A stretch of DNA of 54,958 nt, counting the filler, from Streblomastix strix (lineage: Eukaryota), in NCBI GenBank assembly GCA_008636045.1. It is 3 parts of 3 records of this genome, joined end to end, with 100 filler letters (N's around TTAATTAATTAA, not from the genome) between each part and the next. Parts side by side here need not be neighbours in the genome. Positions count along the whole stretch, not along the records: positions 36,708 to 54,958 come from SNRW01000627.1; 2 more parts are not named here. One strand, 5' to 3'. Below the pieces are notes generated by a model. That model saw only the letters and a list, made by a program, of their open reading frames with translations, made no database searches and was not told the DNA's origin. Positions 43,501 to 54,958 of this stretch are shown here, one piece after another. Position numbers and translations under genes: made by a program. The stretch's first letter is position 1. Every line of letters starts with the position of its first letter.

Positions 43501-45199
43501 ATAGTATTAATTATTAAATTTAGCTAACATAAATTAAATAAAATTCATTAACATATGTAAACTGCCGATAGCTCACGATCCAAAAAAATATTTTCGCGCA
43601 AATTCATTATGATGCATTTTTGAAGAATTTGCAACTCCAATTTTTATTTGTCTTAAATCGTATTATATATTTTCAAAATAAAAACAGGGTGGTTGCTACT
43701 GATCGGACTCCCCCATATTAACAAATTTAGCCTTTAAATTTAATTTTTTAAGATGCATAATTACTTGCTTAGCTATTGTTGAACTACCTGTATAATTACT
43801 GATTGTACAATCTTTACATTACATTTATTATATGGTTAATGACATATCAAATCTTGAGCTATTGAATCCTACTATTGGTACTTCTTTTGAATAAGGAATT
43901 GTTTCATCAATTGTACACACTTCTGTTATATATTAGTTGTCAGCATTAACTTATTCAGCTTCTATAAACGATTAATGTAACCATTAAACTATAAAATTAT
44001 CTCCATCCTATTAGCTAAAGAAGATTTTTTTTAATCCCATATTAGTTACGAAAAGTTGATGCAATTTGTAAAGGGAAAAGTTTATACATTTAATAACTTG
44101 ATTTACTGAACTTTTTATTAATGATTTTTGGAATTGTTTTAATATCATACATGATGAAATATTGTGTAAGTTTATATTCATTTTCTCTTCCATTTGCTAA
44201 TAGATACTGATAAGTTTTATTCTGCATAATATGAAGAACAAATGGCTTTTAGATATAATCCAGTTTAACTTTCTTAAAAATTTTTACTTCGTTATTTTCA
44301 CATTTCATAATGTGTTTTTCATAGTCTCTTGAGTAAGTTTTATCTTTAGGATCGAATTCTTTTGAGTTACGGTGAGGATTAAATTTCAATATAGTCAATG
44401 CTTACATATTTGCTATTGCGAAAACCAGTGAAATCTTGTTTCTTTCCCAAATAGATTCAACAACCAATATATCAATTGTTTTGACATCTTATTTTTCATT
44501 TTCGCTTTCACATTAATACATTATCTACATTCCTCTATAATAATTCTTATGTTCATTATCGTATTAGTAAGTGTCTTAGTTAATTTTTAACTTTTGTGAT
44601 ACTATACTAGCGTATTTAGCTACTTCTAATCCATCAAATTGAATAAATATGAATAAAATTGATAAGAATATCATAGGGAATAATAGTAACTATAAGTGAA
44701 TATCTACTGTGACGATCAATAAGAAGAGAATCGATAATTACATTAAGATTTTACTCATTATCATTCTAATTAATTTGAATAAGATTTATACAAATATCGT
44801 AGAGAAAAAACATTAAGAAACTAATGTGTTCAGAACTGATTGTATCATTGAGGAAAAAGAATAAGCTTAAAGAGTTATGGATTATATTCTTATAAATTAT
44901 TAAAGTAAATATCAGCTTATTGTTATTATTATTCTCTACGATATTCCTATTAATCTTAATCATATTGATTCGATTAGAAAAGCTTAATCATATCTTTAGC
45001 TTTAAAGATTATATCGATAAACTTATTTTAGATATTCTTTCAATTCATTGCAGTTATTTGTTCCTCTATTTTTAAAATTAATTTTATCTAAATATTCCTT
45101 GAGTTAATATTTAAGTTAGCTTACTTTTAATGAATAAATAATTGTTTAATTGTTGATTTTGAGTAGTTTAATTAGCTACGCTTTCTTCAGATAAGACAT
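40520..45199 (-). pseudogene. Protein-primed family B DNA polymerase (pPolB), frameshifted and interrupted by a TIR element
   Basis: ExoI YFIMYDIKT, ExoII VGFNSSRFDM, ExoIII YLQYYNEKD. EndoVII-like insert CSICG…TLDRFDNSKANSKDNIL. ITGGISNV. Motif A VDFNSLYPSAM. Motif C IEEDTDSAYW. LAPKNF and KYKGV. Confidence 0.88.
42905..43714. mobile_element. 810-bp non-autonomous DNA transposon (MITE) with ~240-bp imperfect TIRs and ATAT target-site duplication
   Basis: Left end GGGGGTGCTCGATCACAAACAACCACCCC versus reverse complement of the right end GGGGGAGTCCGATCAGTAGCAACCACCCT. ATAT at 42901-42904 and 43715-43718. Removing it restores polB KFVNILMYLQP. Confidence 0.88.
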
Positions 45200-45269
45200 T
45201 TAGTTTAAAATAAAAATAATTAATTTAGACAGATCATTAAAATTGTATATCGAGAATTAAATTATTATA

Positions 45270-46701
45270 TATATCCATATATTACATTGGTATATTTCTT
45301 CTAAAGTTATCATTTAATATATACACTAACGATTTATTCTATCCTACAAGAGTTTACTAATTCATCATATTCTATCCAAATAATTCTGGAGCATCAATCA
45401 TATTCTATTTGAAACATACGTTTGAGAAACCATTACCTCCTGTTGTTTCTAACATTATTCCTTATAATTAATTTCACACACAAATTATCAACATTTATGG
45501 ATATTCTAGAAAATTCCCGATATATGGGCAGAATATTGGTTAATCAATTTTTTAACTTTCATTATCATGTTTAGTTTAATGGAACCATTCTTCTAGATCA
45601 TTTTATTTAATATTTGATGAAAAATTAACTAATTAATTGGCTCAATTTTCGATTTATCCATCAGATAAAGCATATCCTTCAACTAACTGTACGTATTGAT
45701 TTAAAGATAGGAATTTACCATTAGCGAACCAATATGTATTGTTTTATTAATAGTAACCAGTTACAACTAATGAGATAAATTGTCCAAAATTATTAGTTCT
45801 TCCAAAAGACGTATAAATATCTTATGATTCTCCAATTGATAGTGCATACAATTAATTTATAATTATAACTGGAAAAGTGGTAATAGTTTTAATAATTTAT
45901 TTCATTTTTAATAGTGATACATTAATTGGTTAAGAATCAGATTTAGTAATTATGCCATTATCATTTATTTCAACTAACTTATCGAATAGGTATCTTATAG
46001 ATAATCCATATCTTTATGTAAAATGTTTTGGTTCTATTGATATTACATAGTTATTTGAAGTTGGGCAATATAATCGTATTAATCCAATCATTCGATATAC
46101 TATATTTACGGTTATATCTAATATCCAGTAATGATAGAGAAATGCGTCAATATTAGTGTTAATGTAATTTATTGCTGAATTCATTAAATATTATCCGTAA
46201 TTCTATTTAAATGAGTATTTAATATTCTATAATTTTTATATGTTTTGGTTAATTGCATTATTAAAACATAATGCTCTACTATTCAGAGTTGATTATGTTC
46301 TAAAATATTTTTCTGATGTATCAGTAATATTATTATATTATGCTAGTGTTAAGAATAGTAATTACGGTAATTATTTATATCCTTATATTGTATGATCAGT
46401 AGTGTAAGTATTATTTATTGAAATATTCAAACTAATACATATTGGAGGTAATCTATCTAGCAATTAACGATGAAACTAATCCTCTACAAATTACTATTAG
46501 AAATAGATTTTTTTATTCTGTTTATATTACATTATGTTATATTTCTTTATAATCGTTGTTCAAATAATATGATAAATTAATTGGAATGTTATTGAGATTA
46601 ATAACATAAAAACTTTAACTTCCGCTAGGGATAGTCGTTTGCTATGTTACAAAATCGTTATCTGAATCGGAGTTGATAGTTTGTAAGCTGATATTAGTCA
46701 T
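45270..46701 (-). pseudogene. Broken ORF of the Polinton-like element, possibly structural (minor capsid-like)
   Basis: Starts MTNISLQTINSDSDNDFVTQQTTIPSGS; Asn/Thr/aromatic beta-type composition with several TGA and frameshifts. Function inferred from context only. Confidence 0.3.
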
Positions 46702-48644
46702 TTCATTATAAATTAAGTTACAATTAACAAAAATAAAAAACTCCAAGCAATACTTGAAGCATAGCCTTCAACCTACGGTTTGGTGGATCAAAGACCCTCA
46801 AGATCTTTTATTTATAAACTATATTAAGTTCATTACAGTTGATTTGCTGTTCTCAGATGCTATTTCAATAATTTCTTTTAACTATTCCATCTTAAGACGT
46901 TTATTGTATCGTCATAATATAAATCTCAATTCTATATCAAGATCACTCTTTGACGCTCGTGATATAAGTTAGCTCAAAAATGCTGAGTATAACATAAATT
47001 TTTCAAAATTTATGTATGCATTATTTCTAATCTATAAAATTAATTTCATTTCAATAAAGCTGTTATTAACAAAATGCTTGAGATGATAATCAGATTGTCA
47101 TAACAGATTGGATTACATTTATCATGCTTTTATTTTGTTTCCATTTGTTTATTATTAAAATATTAATTAACTGCAATTGAAATGTCATAACGTGAAGTTA
47201 AAACAAAAAAAGATAAATCAGTTGAATCAAAACGACCCAAAAGACGACCTAAAAATAAACCAACTGCAACTAATATAAAAGAATATATGAATTTAAAGAT
47301 ACTTTTTACACATTAGTACATATTGTTAATCCTTCAAGTATTGCAAAAATTCCATAAATTTTAAAGAATATAGGAAAATTTTGGTTAGCATAAGGTAAAA
47401 TAAGTTAATAAGATTATTCTGATTTAATAAGACTGATTCATCAAAACGATAATAATATTTCGGCTTATGAAGCTGATGCAGGAATATCGTTCGGAGAAAA
47501 TTTCCGTTTGAGTAAGGTAACTTCGCCATCTTTAATCATCCAATAATCATCTATATATACTTTATATAAGACCGTTATTATATAGAAAACGGGAGATTGT
47601 TATAAATATTTAATCTGAAGAAATAATCGAGCTTGAAAAATTTTCTAATTTATTTAAAAATGTAACGTTATTATCATAACTACTATATAATTATTAAAAT
47701 CTTTAATTATCTAAAAAACACAAAAATCATAAGCATTTATTTTTTCAATTATATAGACCTTTTTATTGTAGCAGTTCAAATTTATTGAAATATTTTCATT
47801 TTTCTGTTTATTAAAATATTTATATAATAACCTGAAAAATATTTTCATATAAAAATTTTTTCTTAATCTGATAGATATTTAATAAATGTGAACTACTGCA
47901 ATAATAAACACTTTCAAAGGATGACTACATAAATGAATTTATTAATAATATAATATAATCTCAACAATAACAGGAAGAATAAGATGCAAATGCTAATGTT
48001 GCTGGTTAGAATGCAATTGAGCTAATCTCAGCTCAATTCAAACCTGTTTCAGACAGAAATAGCTTTGATTATTCACCTTGTATTGGATAAAAATTACGCA
48101 GATTATCGCAAGAAGTTTTAGTACGAATGACCGGAATTGCGCAAAATGTAGTTGATGAAGAAGTTGCGGAAGAAGAAGAGGAATTGAATGAATTAGAACA
48201 AAGTGATTGATTGTTATTAATTAATCACTTGCATCTTATTTTATTATTATCATTATTCTTTCAAATTTACACTCTTAATAGTCATAGATAGTTATATTTT
48301 TGTGTTATTTTCAATATATAAATATTATGAACTTGAATTTAACTTTATTTTTATTTTGCACTGGTCCGTTACTCATATTAAATTTCTACTGTTGTTTTTA
48401 CGCTCACAAACAATATTAAGCCATTATTTTTCAGTTTTCAGTATATATTATAATTTACTTAAATATTTTAACACAAATGATTATTTATAATCACATGTGA
48501 AACGAGATAAACTTTAAATTTTTTTTATTTTTACGAATTTCTTTATTGGTATATATTTTGAACTTTATTTTATTCATTTTTTTTATTAAATTATTTTATA
48601 ATTTTATTTTATATTTAAAAAAATAATTTTAATAAGTATAATCG

Positions 48645-51600
48645 ATGAAAATTGCTTTTTTGATATTATTCGCTGTTTTGCTCGCCTCTTAGGTTCCGAA
48701 CAAAGTACGAGATCCATCTTATCCTACAGAAGATTCTGAATGGGGAACATGCTGGAAGGCAGATATTATCTAAAATGACGCATATGTCAGCGGCAAAGCA
48801 GGTTTATTTTATTTTCCTAAACATTTTTTTGTTTATTCCTCTATTTTATTTGAATAGGTGATGATGACGACAGCGATGGTAGTAACAATTTTGATACACA
48901 TGAATGCGGCTACGGCTTTGACAATTCATGTAGAACAATTAAATACACATTATGTAAGTTCGCTTAAAATATTACTTCTGGACAAACATTTACTGCGCAT
49001 TTAGAGGGAAGCCCTTTTTTTAATGAATAAAAACTGAATTTCTCAAGTATTTCCATTCATTATTTACTTTTATATTATATTAATTACATCATATTTTACT
49101 CATTTTAATTTGAAATTAGGAGTTGGAAGAAAATTCATCATTGATGGTGAGCTTGGAAGAAGCTTTATAAAACACAATGACTCAGTTGAGATATAATTCA
49201 TTTATGTTAATGGTAGTGAAGTCTCATTCACATCTTGCTATATTCAGTAAGAAGAAAAAAAAGAAACTGATCAAGTATGAGTAATAATTATTACTGTTAT
49301 TTATTAATTAATTATTAAATATAATTATTGTTTCAATTATTAAATAAAATTATTATTGATATATTTAGAGTGGTTCAATCATTCAAATGGATAGTGGGGC
49401 ACTTAATCTATATCGTGTTGATTTTAATTATATATATAATTCATCAATAAATAATGGTATTAATAATAACAATTATAAATTTTTATATTAAAAAATTCCT
49501 TTTTTCTTATTTTATTTAATTATTCAGTCAAGGACTATCAAATAATACAAGCTGTATCTGGAACATTAAGTTTTTTTAATGTTAGGTATGCATTCTTTTA
49601 AAATGTTCAAACTCTAATAATTTATTTTATATTTATTTTATTTATAACTTAATTAAATAAAATGAAACAAAGGCTGTTCCATGTAAATTCTGTTTCAAAA
49701 CCATTGATTGATATATGTATGCGACTATAAATTAATACCGTATAAAAGATATTAATATAGATTAAAATATGATTATGTATTAATATGTGTTGAATTTATC
49801 CTATCTCTTATATATAATTACTATTTATATCATTATAATAGAATCAGATGTAACAAAAGCAGATTTAAGTCATTTACGCTTCTAAGGAGTACAATTGCGT
49901 GGTATGTGAGTATATTTAATAAAGAATTAATTATTATATATATTATTTATATTAGTGTTAATAATTGAATATTTATCATATTAATGTTAATAATTGTATA
50001 TATGTATAAATGTATCTTGATCTTTTATATCATTTTTTTTACATATATATAATAATATTCACCCATAATTATTTCTAATATTTTTAGGTGAAAATTCAAG
50101 TTGTCTTTCAGTTGATGTCTCCAAAACATTGCAATTCAACATTTCTTTCTCCAACTTCTATGATGTTTAAATTAATGACAGTATGCAAAATATTAAATTA
50201 AATGTTAATTTATTGGATAAATATAAAATTTGAATTATATTGTATGATTTAAATATTATCGTTTATTAATCTATAATATTTTACTTAGGCATAACAAGTC
50301 CAGTACTAGCAGCTCCAATATATATTTATTTTGGAACTTCAACATAAAATTATAAGTAAAATAAAGAAGAATTTGAAGAAGAATAAAGAAGAATAAATAT
50401 GATTTAGAATAATAAAGTGAAAAATGCAAATGGTTTTGTAGCTATATAAGATATAGGCATCAGTAATTGTGTTGGATCATAAACAGGAGGAATATTATTT
50501 GATGTATGATGAATAATGAATTATTATTAAATGTAAATTTTTACTTATTTATTTTTTTTTAAAGATAAATTTTAAGTATATATACTCATATTTTATAATT
50601 ATATTTGTTCTTATATTATTTAATTAATTTTTTCATAGGGACATTCAAAAGTTAATGACTTCTACATTCATGGCGCTACATTTGTTACTAATAAAGCAAC
50701 TGTAACAATAGCTACATAGTATGGATAAGTTTTTAATTTTATAAAAAAGAATATAATATTAAATGATATCTTTAAAAATTAATTTACTCAATTTTTTTTT
50801 GATATGATTATATCCTAATCTAACTAATTAATTTATAATAATATATATATTATCTTTAATTACAGATTTGGTAGTGATATCTTCTTTACCAATTCTTGTT
50901 GGATGGACAATTTAACAGTCTCTGAAAAACAGTCCCAACCTTCGCAAGTGAGTCCAACTGAGAATAAAAATATGAATAAAAATAAATAAATGATGAATAA
51001 TGATTAAATAAAAAGAATGTATAATATGAAATCTGTATCAAAAAGTCCATGCATTTGTGTTAATAGTATTCTTTATATATGTAACGTGATTAAAGATAAT
51101 AAATTTTCTTATTTAATTTCAATTATTTATTTATTTTTACATAATAATTTATTTAATTTTCATGCCTTTATTTATTAATTTTTTTTCTTTATTTATTATA
51201 TTAATTTCTTTATTTATTTTTCATTCCTTTATTCCTTTATTTATTTATAATCATTCTTATTTATTTATTAATAATCATTCTTATTTATTTATTAATATTA
51301 ATTCTTCTTATATAACTTCAGGTTCATCTACCTCCACAATGGACAACCTCTCCATGAACACTGAATCAGACTTCAAAGTTCATTTGGCTGACAACTTGTA
51401 TGTATCTAAGAAGGGTAATGATGCTACTGGGAATGGCACATCTAAGGTATTAATTATTAATATTGATATTGAATTTATATAGATTAAAGAAATAGTTTAT
51501 AATTGAAAGTGAATTTTTAGTGATTTTGCTATTAAAGAAATTGAAATTATTATTGTATTATATATATAATTTATTTATGATATTTTATATTTTACATAGT

Positions 51601-53508
51601 TTCCATACGCTCTCATAAATACTGCTCTTAAGCATACAAGTCCAAATGCTTAAAGGTAATGTTTAATATATAAAATATATATATATATTAAATGTTTCTT
51701 ATTTAAACTTATTTTTAATTTAATTAATTTTTTTCATTACATTTTTTTCTATTCATTTTAATTGTAGATCAAATCCTCCAATTATCAAAATTACAGATGG
51801 AGAATATCCTTCATAATACATATTTCATGAAAGTATGAATATTATTATTTATAATTATTAACATTAATTAAATAATGAATTGCAATTAGAAATAAAAGAA
51901 AAATAAATATTGGAATTATTTGTAACATTATCATTATTTTATTTAGCATTATATTGTTATTATTATTATTTATTTATTTAATTTATATTTTATCCAAATT
52001 TTTCATTTCAGAGGGAAGTGTAATTATTCGAGGTTCACAATCTAATAAAGTTAATTTGACAAACGCAGATGATAACTTTTTTGTATGATTTTAATATCAT
52101 CATTAATTCTCTATATATTATATATAATATAATAATAATATTATTATACTTTAATTCAATTTAATTAATATCTTACATATATAAATATCATCCATATATA
52201 ATTTAATAGGGTCTTCTTGAAATTAAAGGTGATATGCGTCTTGAGAACATGTGCCTCTTAAGAGGTAATGAAGAACAGGATCAAGAAACAGCACCACAGC
52301 AAAGTGATGGAAGTGCTAAATAGGAATGGTATATGTACAGGTATATTATTATTATTGATATGATTATTATTATTATTAATATGATTATGATTGTGTTTTG
52401 ATTATTAGTTAATATAAAAGATAAAATGATGTTTTAAATTTTTTTATTGTATTTTATTTTCTTATATATTTTTATTATTATCTAATTATACAATATTTAT
52501 TTGTATCAGGCCTTTCATTTCCGTTGTTGGTACTCAAGAAGACTTTGGAATTATCGGTGCTTCTTTATATTATTACCATATAAATAAAATCCATTCATCT
52601 TATAATAAATAATTGTATTATCAATAATTATATATTTCTTCCTTTTTTTATTTATTTATATGTAAATTATAGGTATTATCAACTGCACAGTAAAACAGAA
52701 ATCTAAAGATTACTGATACCATTCACCGATGTTATATGTAAGAGGAGAAGCAACAATTGAAAGGACGATATTCTAGGATCTTTAAACTGAAAAGTTTGTC
52801 AGAATATCAATAATATAAATTTTTGAATTATTTAAATACCTTTTATTAATTTATACTTTTTAATTAAATTATATATATATATACCCTTAATTATAATAAA
52901 AATTCATATTCAATTTCATTTAGATATCCAGTTATTGTTGTTAACGTGTTTGATTCGTGTGTGGTCATTGACAGCAAATTCACAAACTTGCGTACTGTAA
53001 ATTTAGGCGCATCAGTGTATGGAGCATCAATTGCAGTATGACTTTATATATATATGAATATTCAAAATATTATGCAAAAAGAAATATTAATTTTGGAATG
53101 CATAAAGAAAAAGAATAAAATATAAATAAATAATAAATCAATTATTTTTTCTATTATTTTATTATTTAGGAAGAAAGTTCGATACAAACTCTTAAGGAGA
53201 AATCAGGATTAGAAGATGTTGCTCTGATATCTGTATCAACAGTAACATTCATTTGTGCATTCCTTGGTTTATTTCTTATTATATTTAATATTTATATATT
53301 ATTTCTTTCTTATATTTATATATTATAACTTTTATATATAAAAATTATATTTGAGATTATTTTATTAATAAATCATATTTTTGTATATAACAGGCCCTGA
53401 TTTAGAGATGACTCGATGCAGCTTTGATAATTGCTCTTCTTAATCTGCTAAATATGGATATTTAAACTCAAGTCATTTGGATGATAATGATAAATAAGAA
53501 TATAAACG
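48645..53508 (+). CDS. Intron-rich secreted/surface protein with pectin-lyase-like beta-helix repeats; 3' truncated, one in-frame TGA
   Basis: Signal MKIAFLILFAVLLA. Motifs ECGYGFDNSCRTIKY and LYVSKKGNDATGNGTSKFPYALINTAL. About 20 short GT-AG introns. TGA at 52714-52716. Breaks off in the intron starting near 53509. Confidence 0.72.
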
Positions 53509-53544
53509 GTTTATATTAAACTAACAATTTATATTAATAAAAAA

Positions 53545-54855
53545 AATATAGTAATATATTATATAGTGAATTAATAATGATACATAAATCATACAAAAAA
53601 GTTATCATCAGCGTTTGTCAAATTAACTTTATTAGATTGTGAACCTCGAATAATTACACTTCCCTCTGAAATGAAAAATGTGGATAAAATATAAATTAAA
53701 TAAATAAATAATAATATCAATATAATACTAAATAAAACATTGATTATATTTTAAATAATTTCATTAATAATCTTTCGTTTTTAGCCTTATTATAATCAAT
53801 TCTTTCTTTAATATTAACAATAATAAATAATAATCTTCAAACTTTCATGAAACATGTATTATGTAGGATATTCTCCATCTGTAATTTTGATAATTGGAGG
53901 ATTAGATCTGCAATAAAAATTGAATAATAATAAAAATATAATCAATTAATAATAATTAAATTAAAAATAAGTTTAAATAAGAATAAATTATATTATATTA
54001 AATTTTTATTTTAAATAATACCTTTGTGCATTTGGACTTGTATGCTTAAGAGCTGTATTTATGAGAGTGTATGGAAACTAATTGAAAAATAAAAAAATTG
54101 AAATATACATATAAATAATACAATAATAATTTCAATTTCTTTAATAACAAAATCACTAAAAATTCACTTTCAATTATAAACTATTTTTTAATCTCTATAA
54201 ATTCAATATCAATATCAATAATTAATAATTAATACCTTCTATGTGCCATTCCCAGTAGCATCATTCCCTTTCTTAGACACATACAAGTTATCAGCCAAAT
54301 GAACTTTGAAGTCTGCTTCAGTATTCATGGAGAGATTGTCCATTGTGGAGGTAGATAAACCTGAAGTTATATAAGAAAAAAAATATTAATTAATAAAAAT
54401 ATATAAAGAAATGAAAATTAAATAAAAAATATATATTAAATGAAAATGAACAATATAATAATTTATTGGATTTAAATAAATAAATTAAAGAAGAAATTTA
54501 TTATATTTAATCATGTTATATATTTATAAAGAATACTATTAATGCAAATGCATGGACTCTTTGATACAGATTTCATGTTGTACATTCTTTTTATTTAATC
54601 ATTATTTGTCATTAACTTATTTTTATTTTTATTCTTGTTTGGAGTTATCTGAGAAGGTTGGGGCTGTTTTTCAGAGATTGTTAAATTGTCCATCCAACGA
54701 GAATTGTTAAAGAAGATATCACTACCAAATCTGTAATTAAAGATAATATATATATAATTATAAAGTAATTATTTAGTATACAATTAAACGAAAGTGAAGA
54801 AATGAATAAATTAATTTATAAACAAATCATTTAACATTACAGTATTTTTAACAAT

Positions 54856-54898
<43 letters not shown>

Positions 54899-54958
54899 AA
54901 TATTTAAAAATATTTTTTTTTTATATCATTTTTTTATATATTAATTTATTTTTTTTTT
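53545..54958 (-). CDS. Inverted partial paralog of the 48645 gene (exons equivalent to ~50866-52082)
   Basis: The reverse complement matches five consecutive exons and their introns. Exon changes are mostly synonymous (e.g. AAC/AAT, GAC/GAT, GTA/GTG, TAA/CAA). Confidence 0.8.

Larger units (their letters stand above)
38850..48210. mobile_element. Decayed Polinton/Maverick-like endogenous DNA virus (boundaries approximate)
   Basis: Intronless, tightly packed ORFs including pPolB and an A32-like ATPase, plus several broken hypothetical ORFs. No terminal repeats, integrase or major capsid gene were recognised. Confidence 0.7.

Noticed and set aside
40520..47600. TGA codons in viral and transposon ORFs as evidence of recoding
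   Set aside because: These ORFs also have frameshifts and deletions, so ordinary decay explains them; they were excluded from the readthrough count.
1..54958. CRISPR arrays, rRNA, tRNA or prokaryotic operons
   Set aside because: None seen; the repeats are microsatellites or paralogous duplications in eukaryotic DNA.

Overview
Very AT-rich eukaryotic DNA with short GT-AG spliceosomal introns. It uses a non-standard genetic code in which TAA/TAG encode Gln and TGA is the stop (table 6 type), so the supplied standard-code ORF track is largely uninformative. The gene families and code suggest an oxymonad such as Streblomastix (inference). The window is three unrelated contigs (1-18255, 18356-36607, 36708-54958) joined by N44-TTAATTAATTAA-N44 linkers. 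Host genes include a large helical protein with a ~165-residue poly-Ser tract, a long IQ/WW-motif gene fused to a kinase N-lobe fragment, SNIP1/Pml1, an RBR E3 ligase, a HIP/STI1-like co-chaperone end, a calpain-7/PalB-like protease, a DUSP-UBL-UBA protein and two beta-helix-type surface protein genes. Mobile DNA includes a decayed Polinton-like endogenous virus (pPolB plus A32-like packaging ATPase) carrying an 810-bp TIR element with an ATAT target duplication, a second pPolB remnant and a Tc1/mariner relic. The most unusual observation is isolated in-frame TGA codons in several otherwise frame-intact genes, pointing to either UGA readthrough or early pseudogenisation. All translations were read by hand.
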